Source: Eutreptiella sp. 'Long Island Sound 2002' (Eukaryota; Protista; Euglenida). From it: a DNA stretch of 64,000 bases. The notes below the pieces were generated by a model. It ran no database searches, was not told where the DNA came from, and saw only the letters and a program-made list of their open reading frames with translations. The translations under genes and the position numbers were made by a program. Of this stretch, positions 57,750 through 64,000 are shown one piece after another; within the stretch, counting starts at the first letter, position 1; each line of letters begins with the position of its first letter. The stretch is taken from assembly GCA_964036045.1 (NCBI GenBank), contig OZ038379.1, positions 25,234,001-25,298,000 on the forward strand, in the 5' to 3' direction.

Positions 57750-58990
57750 GTTGGGACCGTGAGTGCAATGTCCAGGGGCCCCTCCGGCGTGGCCGCGCCA
57801 CCCACCCATTGGTTGCCCCTCTCCACTGTTGCCCTCCCTGACCACGAGGGTGGCGGCCTGGCCCTCCCTACTCCCTACGTGCTTGCCGCGCATGTAGTGG
57901 GGGGGGGGGGGGGCTGGAGGGGGTCCACCGGCATGTCTCGTCCCACGGTTTTCAGTAGGGCGGGGGGGTAGGAGGGGAGGACCACATGCGAGGGTCTTGG
58001 TTCTGGCGACGTCGGCCCTCCCCTTATCTCTCAGAGGGAGGACGCCACCGTTGCGCGGACCTGCAAGAAAGAGGGTGGGGAGGCGCGGGTGCACTGGGTG
58101 TGGCAGTGGTGTGTCTGCCCCTCACAGGCTGCACCTAAAAGTGAGAGGAGGGGAGAGGGCGCCGGGGGCTGGCGGCAGGGGGGGGAGGGGGGGCGCACTG
58201 GGTCCAGCAGTGGTGCGCCTGCCCCTCACTGGTTGCACCTCTAACCTGGGGGGCTTCCGGGGTGGGTGGTGGCGTCTACCGGCTTGACTGGCCCCTGGCC
58301 CGCCGCCACCTGCTCCGCTCGGTGGAGGGTCCCGCCCAGCATAGGGCACCACACACTTGTCTAAGAGAGTTCCGCCGGGCTTAGGGCACGGCCACCAGCC
58401 AGGGGCCCTGGCAGGGTGCAGGCAGGGCACCAGCGCCCAAGGGGAGGGGGGGGGGCTGCTGCCCTCTCACCACGGCAGGTACAGAGCCATGGTGCGCCCC
58501 TGTGGCTGCCAGTCGTACCCGTCAGCGTCGTCCGCCCGTTGGGTCTGTCGGTGACTGGCTCGCTGGTGAGGGAGGGCTTGTCCTGGTGGCTGAGGCAGAG
58601 GACCGGGGCACGACCACACCCCCACCTGCACCAGCGCGGCGGTCCGGTACCACCCTGACCGCCATGCCCCACTGCCTCTGACCTGTCCGCCCCCTCCGCC
58701 GCGCGCTGGCGCCTGCGCTCTGCCCCCCTGCTCCCTGTATTTCCTGCCCCCACCAGACGCTCTCCCATCGGGGGGGGGGGGGGTTGGCATGACGCCATGG
58801 TGTGATGATCTCGTCTGCAGCTGGCGGCGCCGATCGGGGGGGGGGGAGCAAAAGCCGCCCCCCTGTTTCCTGGTTCCCAAGGGGGGGCCAGCCCACGGCC
58901 TGCACCCTTGCTTTGTGGTGGCTAAATTTTGGGCCAACAGAGGGAAAGGGCAAGGGTAAGTGGCGAGAGGCCAGTAGGCGCCGCTAGAGA
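57750..58990. mobile_element. GC-rich degenerate repeat relic, possibly non-LTR derived
   Basis: Sharp GC-rich island with broken frames and G-runs resembling the LINE relics at 30-33 kb; no diagnostic motif. Confidence 0.25.
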
Positions 58991-59327
58991 TGTCATGCCA
59001 ACCCCCCACCCCTCCTCTGGTTCAACGTTGTCTGAAAATTGCCATGTAGTCAATGCACAGAATTTTTGCTCCTTCTTTGTCCTGTCCACAGGTGATGCAA
59101 ATCAAATGGTGTCTGCTTGGTGGGCTTCCAGTGTGCACATGATGTAGGGTTAAAATTGGTTTGCACCTTGTAGTCCTGAGTGTTCAGCGCAGCTTTTCAA
59201 AAAAGGGGATGTGAAATTGGCACAATGGTGATACATTCGCACCCCTCGATGGGAGCCACAATTTATCTCTGTGTTTGTTAGATGTCTCACACTCTTGACA
59301 CCAACCACCCAGAGCTTACCAAGAAAT

Positions 59328-59612
59328 AACATCAGCCATCTTGGGCCCCGTGGTATTAAGAGCAACTATTGGAGCCCACCTGGTATTACCAGCAACCATC
59401 TAGAGCCCACCCAGTATTGACAGTAACCATCTAGAGCCCAGTGGGAAATACCGGCAACCATCCAAAACCCACTAGGAAAGAACAGCAACCATTCAGAGCC
59501 CACTAGGAAATAACAGCAACCATCCAGAGCCCACACGTTATTGGCTGTAACCATTCAGAGCCCACACAGTATTGGCTGTACCCATCTAGAGCCCACCAGG
59601 CAGTAGCAGCAA
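59328..59612. repeat. ~31-bp minisatellite, about 9 degenerate units
   Basis: Core CAGCAACCATCTAGAGCCCAC followed by a variable ~10 nt. Confidence 0.85.
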
Positions 59613-60245
59613 CAATTCGATAGCAATACCCAAAGGAATTTTATCAATAGTCATCCACCTGGAAAATTTGACCGGCGCCTATGGTACCACAACACTTTGG
59701 ATGCCAGTTGGTATGGAGGAGAACCCTCAACCCCCCGCCCCACCTCAGACCCTCCCCCCCTCCAGCCAAATCCCCCAACCCCCTCCTCCTCCTGGGGGAC
59801 AGCGGGGCAACAAAGCATAGGAAGAGAGGTGCAGAACGTTACAGTGTTTGTCCAATGCTCTGGGAATGTGTGGGTCCCTAGCGGTATGTGCACCAACTGC
59901 AATGCATGCCAGGCTGTCATCCCGGCTGCCTGCTTCCCTTCCTGCAGTTTTCTTTGGGCCTTCAGCGTGGCTTGCCTTGTGGGGATGTGGGTCCATTTCA
60001 TCCCCTGTATCTGGTGGACTTGTGACTGGGGCGACAACGATGGGGAAGGCGTTCGCGGCGCCATTTGGTTTATACTCTGGGGCGTGGGGACGGTGGTCCT
60101 GCTGCTGCTGGTACGCCAGCCTGCGATCCACATTCTGCACCGCGAATCTCTGGAATCCGGTGAAAAGTCGCAGTACATCACACATAACAGTGACGGCGAT
60201 TTACTTATGGGTGCCATTCGGGCCCATGTACATGGTTCGGGATAA
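59603..60245 (+). CDS. Possible exon or relic of a membrane protein (Pro-rich, Cys-rich, two hydrophobic helices)
   Basis: Stop-to-stop frame of ~210 codons with FLWAFSVACLVGMWVHFI and AIWFILWGVGTVVLLLLV. No ATG or splice context established, and the antisense frame is also open. Confidence 0.25.
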
Positions 60246-60659
60246 GAAATGTCATGTGTTCCTTGAGCCCTGTGTATCACGAGCCCTGTGCCTGCTGCTG
60301 AACACAGTCATGACCCTCCGTCCCACGGGTGCCAGTGCTTTTCTTGATGGATTGCGCTCCTGTCCCAGGCATCATCTCACCGCCCGGGCCATTTTTCCGG
60401 AAAGACATGTGTTTGTTTGACAGGTGAATGGGGTTGGTCTTGCAGTGTGTCTTGCCCCATGCCTTCGGAGGGGATGGGTTTGGTTTTCTCGCACCACGTT
60501 CTGCTTTACCCACCCATGGGCATCACACTGCCCTCTGAACACCCCGGGAACATTGTCACTCCAGACTCACAACGCCTGCACCACCCAAGCTTTCCATTGG
60601 ACGGGGCCTCTGGAGAAGCAAAGTTTGGTGAACCATTCGACCGCTGGAGGGCAATGCGG

Positions 60660-62070
60660 CTATTTTTTTTTAACACGTGTACCTGCACTCTCGGAGACGG
60701 GAAACGTCTGACCATCGAGCCTTGATGTGTGCCATTCGTAGCAGAAATGCCATGAGCTCTCATCCTGACCATATTTCGAGATGCCACCGCATTCCTCTGC
60801 AAGGTGGCTGAAGTGGTGACAAATGGGCACGAAGCGATTTTCAAATGTTTGACAGTGGCTCACAGGATTTCGGAGAGTTCCCTGGCAGTTCACCTCTACG
60901 TATCCCGTGCGTCCTAAACCTCCTCGTTTTTCCAAATTCTTAGTCTCAACAGTATCTTCAATCATCCCCAGCTTGTCAGCGTCTGACACATCTGCAGGCC
61001 CTCAAATCGCCGTCATCATCCATCACCGTCGGGATGTTGCAAGCCTGTCATGGCAGTACACATGTCATGCCAAGAATCCAAGCACTCGTGTACCCAATGA
61101 ATTGTGGTCGAGAACAAGTGGTGATTGCTGCCCAGAGGTGGCAGCTCAGCAGGCCTGGCCATCCGGCATCTGTAAAATATCTGTAGAACTGGCCTCTGGT
61201 TCAGTTTTTGATGAGTTTTGGAAGTTTTTCTTTTGCAGTCGACCCCCATAGTCCCCAGATCACCACGGCACAGGCAAACGAAGTCGCAACTGGGGACGGC
61301 GCAAAGAAGATATTCTCGCAACTCTTCATAAAATAGTTCAAAGCGTGATGCAGCCAGCGTAAGGCGCAGGGCATAGGGAGATGATCGGCGTCCTTGGGGC
61401 TTCAACGATCAGGGCCCATGAAAAGCGCAAATCGTCCACAGCCCCCTTTTGGTGCCAAATCGGATCCTTCGTCAGGGCGTTTTGCTTGACATCTGGTCAC
61501 CGAAATGGGTCATGGGTTGCTCGCAAAGATCTAAAACAAGCACCTTTGAACCTTACTGATGGTTCCCCATCAGCAGTTCCCCAACAACGTCATTCTCTCG
61601 TCCGATGTTTAAACCCTGAAACCCGACACCCAAATGCAAATGGGCGTGGAACGGTGAAAATGGTGCAGAACAGGGCTCAGAATATTTGTCGTCATCCATC
61701 GCCGTTATCTGTTGCTTCACATCTGATGTCAAAGACCGAGGCGCTATGGTGCTCAATGAAACATTCCACCAGGTGGAAAGGTTCTCTCTGTCAGGACCAA
61801 GTGGTGATTGCTATCCAGAGGTGCCACCTCAGCAGGCCCCAGCCATTCGGCATCTGTAAAACATTTATAAAAGCGGCCTTTGGTTGGATTTCTACCATGC
61901 CTTTCTGTAATAGTGGTTCACAGGGTTCCGGAAACTGCCCTGGCAGTTTGTCTCGACGTGTATCCCAGACCTCTTTCCAAATTCTAAGTCTTGACATTTG
62001 GCTCTGTCTCAATTGCTCACCATATCCCTCAGTCCCAGCTTTTCAGCGCCAGATACATCTGCTGCACGAA
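60660..62070 (-). pseudogene. Decayed coding relic with internal paralogous segments
   Basis: ADVSGAEKLG...VETNCQGSFRNPVNH resembles ADVSDADKLG...VEVNCQGTLRNPVSH, and NQRPLL*MFYRCRMA resembles NQRPVLQIFYRCRMA; in-frame stops present. Confidence 0.5.
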
Positions 62071-64000
62071 AAAATAATGAAGCGAGCAAAACGAGAAGCC
62101 CAATGCCAAAAACTTGATCGTTTTGGACAAGCATATAGCATGTCAACATGATAGTTTGGCAGATGGCTGGAGTTTTCATATTTTCCTGAAGTGCGACATA
62201 ATGGTAGGCTTTTTGAAGGCACCGCGGTTATTAGACTGCTGCTAATGAAGCAGCACTGCTTGCAACAGGTTTCTTTTTCGGGGGACAGCACCGAAGTTGA
62301 GCCACAGAATGATCAGCAAGCAATCGTGTGGTTTCTCTGCCAAACCACACGATTGTTTTGGGCATTCGTGTGGGGGTGCTGTGCGACAACACGACTGCTT
62401 TCTTGTGAAGTCGTTGACATCCAGACACGTGTCTTGTTGCCAGTTGAACAAGTTGATGTGCCAGTTGTTTCTCAACCTTACTGACCATTGAGGATTGGCA
62501 CAGTCTGCCATTTGAGAGCAAGACCAAGTAACCCGATCTCTTCCATTAGCCCATGTGGTGAAATTGCAGGTTGACACTCCAACACTCAGCCATCCTTCAG
62601 TGTTGTTTGTTTGCTGCCTGCAGTGTGTCTCAGCATAGGGGATGCTGTGGCCACGGTGCGCGCGCAGTGTAAACTTTGGGTATGTCCAGGGGCTCAAGGG
62701 ACCAGTAGCACCTGCTTAGGAGGCGTTAAACACCTGCTTGCTGTGCCCACTATTCACCTCGTACTGGAGGCTCAAAAAATCACCATCCAGCTTTGATGGG
62801 CCCACAACAACTGCAGGAACGCTCTGCATTGTGTTTGCATGATTCTCGGTGACGTTGGAGTAGCTACACCACCTCATGTGTAAACAACATACCTAGAGCA
62901 TGACAGGACGATCACACATGATTGTGCTCCAGCATTCAGAAGCCTCCAAGAAATACCAGCAACCATACCAGAGTAATGTCTGGTACCATACCAGTCTCAT
63001 ATGGTAGCTCATATGGTACCATCCATACCAGAGTACTGTACACGGTGCACATGCGGTTTGCACGCGGTGCACGCATGGTGCATGCATTGGGATTATTCCA
63101 TAGGCCTACCCACCTAGTTTACAGGGCAGTGCATGTGTTTCCAGGCTGTAAAAGGTATGACCATTGCACATGTTGCACTGTGTGCCCTTACAGTATCAAC
63201 CACGTCCCTTTAATGGCAACCTGCGGGCATCACTGTCACTTAAACTTGATCAAATGGTAATAGAGTGCCTGCCACCGTCATCTCCCCATCCGAATGTTGG
63301 CAGTCCGTGAACATTGAGTATGACACCGAAGGTCACTGTGTGTCTCACCCCACAGTGCCTGCTCACTGAATTGAAGTTCCCGTGCATATTGCGGCCCCCT
63401 CCCCAGACGGAGACCTTGAGGAACCTGAAGACCCGGTTGGTCAAAAATTTTTCAGGAAATAAGCAGCAAGCATCTAGGAGCCTCCAAGCATTTTCAACAA
63501 GCACCCACAAACCTGTAGAAAGTAACAACATGCAGCCCAGAAGCCTCCAGGGTGCACCACTTTAGGGGTTCCGAGGATTGACCATTTCCTTCTCGATTGT
63601 TCCAACATGCTCCGCGGAGCGCGCATGGTGCACATGCGGTGCACGGTCTCCCAGCAACAGCATTGAAAACTGGCAAACGTGGCAAATTCCGTGGTTCCAA
63701 GTCTGACACAAGCTTCAGGCGCCGCTTTCAATCTTGCTGACACTGGTAGATTTTGTGATCAATTTTAGGGTCAATCTGAGAAACGAAATTTCCCGTGCAA
63801 AATGGACCCCGCACTAAATCCGGCCCATTCCGCCATACACTTGTTGTTGCTGGCAAGCATCCCCACATCCTGCCTCCCCTTTGTGCAAGTTGCCACCTCC
63901 TCTAAGCTCCATTTTTCTTTTGACTGGCCAGCCAGGCAACAATGGCGGGGCTGGCCAGATGTCTGCACCCTCCGTCCACCACCTTAGAGGCACACATTAC

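Noticed and set aside
59328-59612. 21-bp core plus variable 10 nt as a mini-CRISPR
   Set aside because: The variable parts are too short and related to each other; an ordinary degenerate minisatellite.
1-64000. tRNA, rRNA and 5S genes
   Set aside because: None recognised by eye; tRNAscan-SE or Infernal was not run, so short ncRNAs could have been missed.

Overview
Eukaryotic nuclear DNA, most likely from a photosynthetic euglenid. This is an inference from three things: a 19-nt perfect match to the Euglena-type spliced leader, a thylakoid FKBP with signal, transit and twin-Arg targeting, and a TATE/VIPER-like retroelement. Host genes, all on the minus strand, are the long terminal exon of an unknown Pro-rich protein, a two-exon mitochondrial-type sulfite oxidase with a 10.1-kb intron, and a multi-exon plastid FKBP. 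The rest is satellites, LINE relics, MITE-like elements and decayed coding sequence. The standout is a 12.4-kb DNA transposon (12913-25306) with 25-bp TIRs and an ATT target duplication. It encodes a divergent Academ/DUF6589-like DDE transposase and an 8-exon, 771-aa accessory protein of unknown function. It also carries 15 perfect and 4 near-perfect copies of the palindrome ATCGAAATTTCGAT, all in non-coding positions (subtermini, intergenic gap, introns). A tyrosine-recombinase retrotransposon with split direct repeats sits in exon 5 of the accessory gene at a CAG core with no duplication, and its gag and YR are in frame across a single UGA. Also present are a head-to-tail dimer of a Helitron2/Helentron-like element carrying ~193-bp tandem repeats and a spliced-leader relic marking a probable retrocopy. 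All assignments were made by eye; no database search was run.
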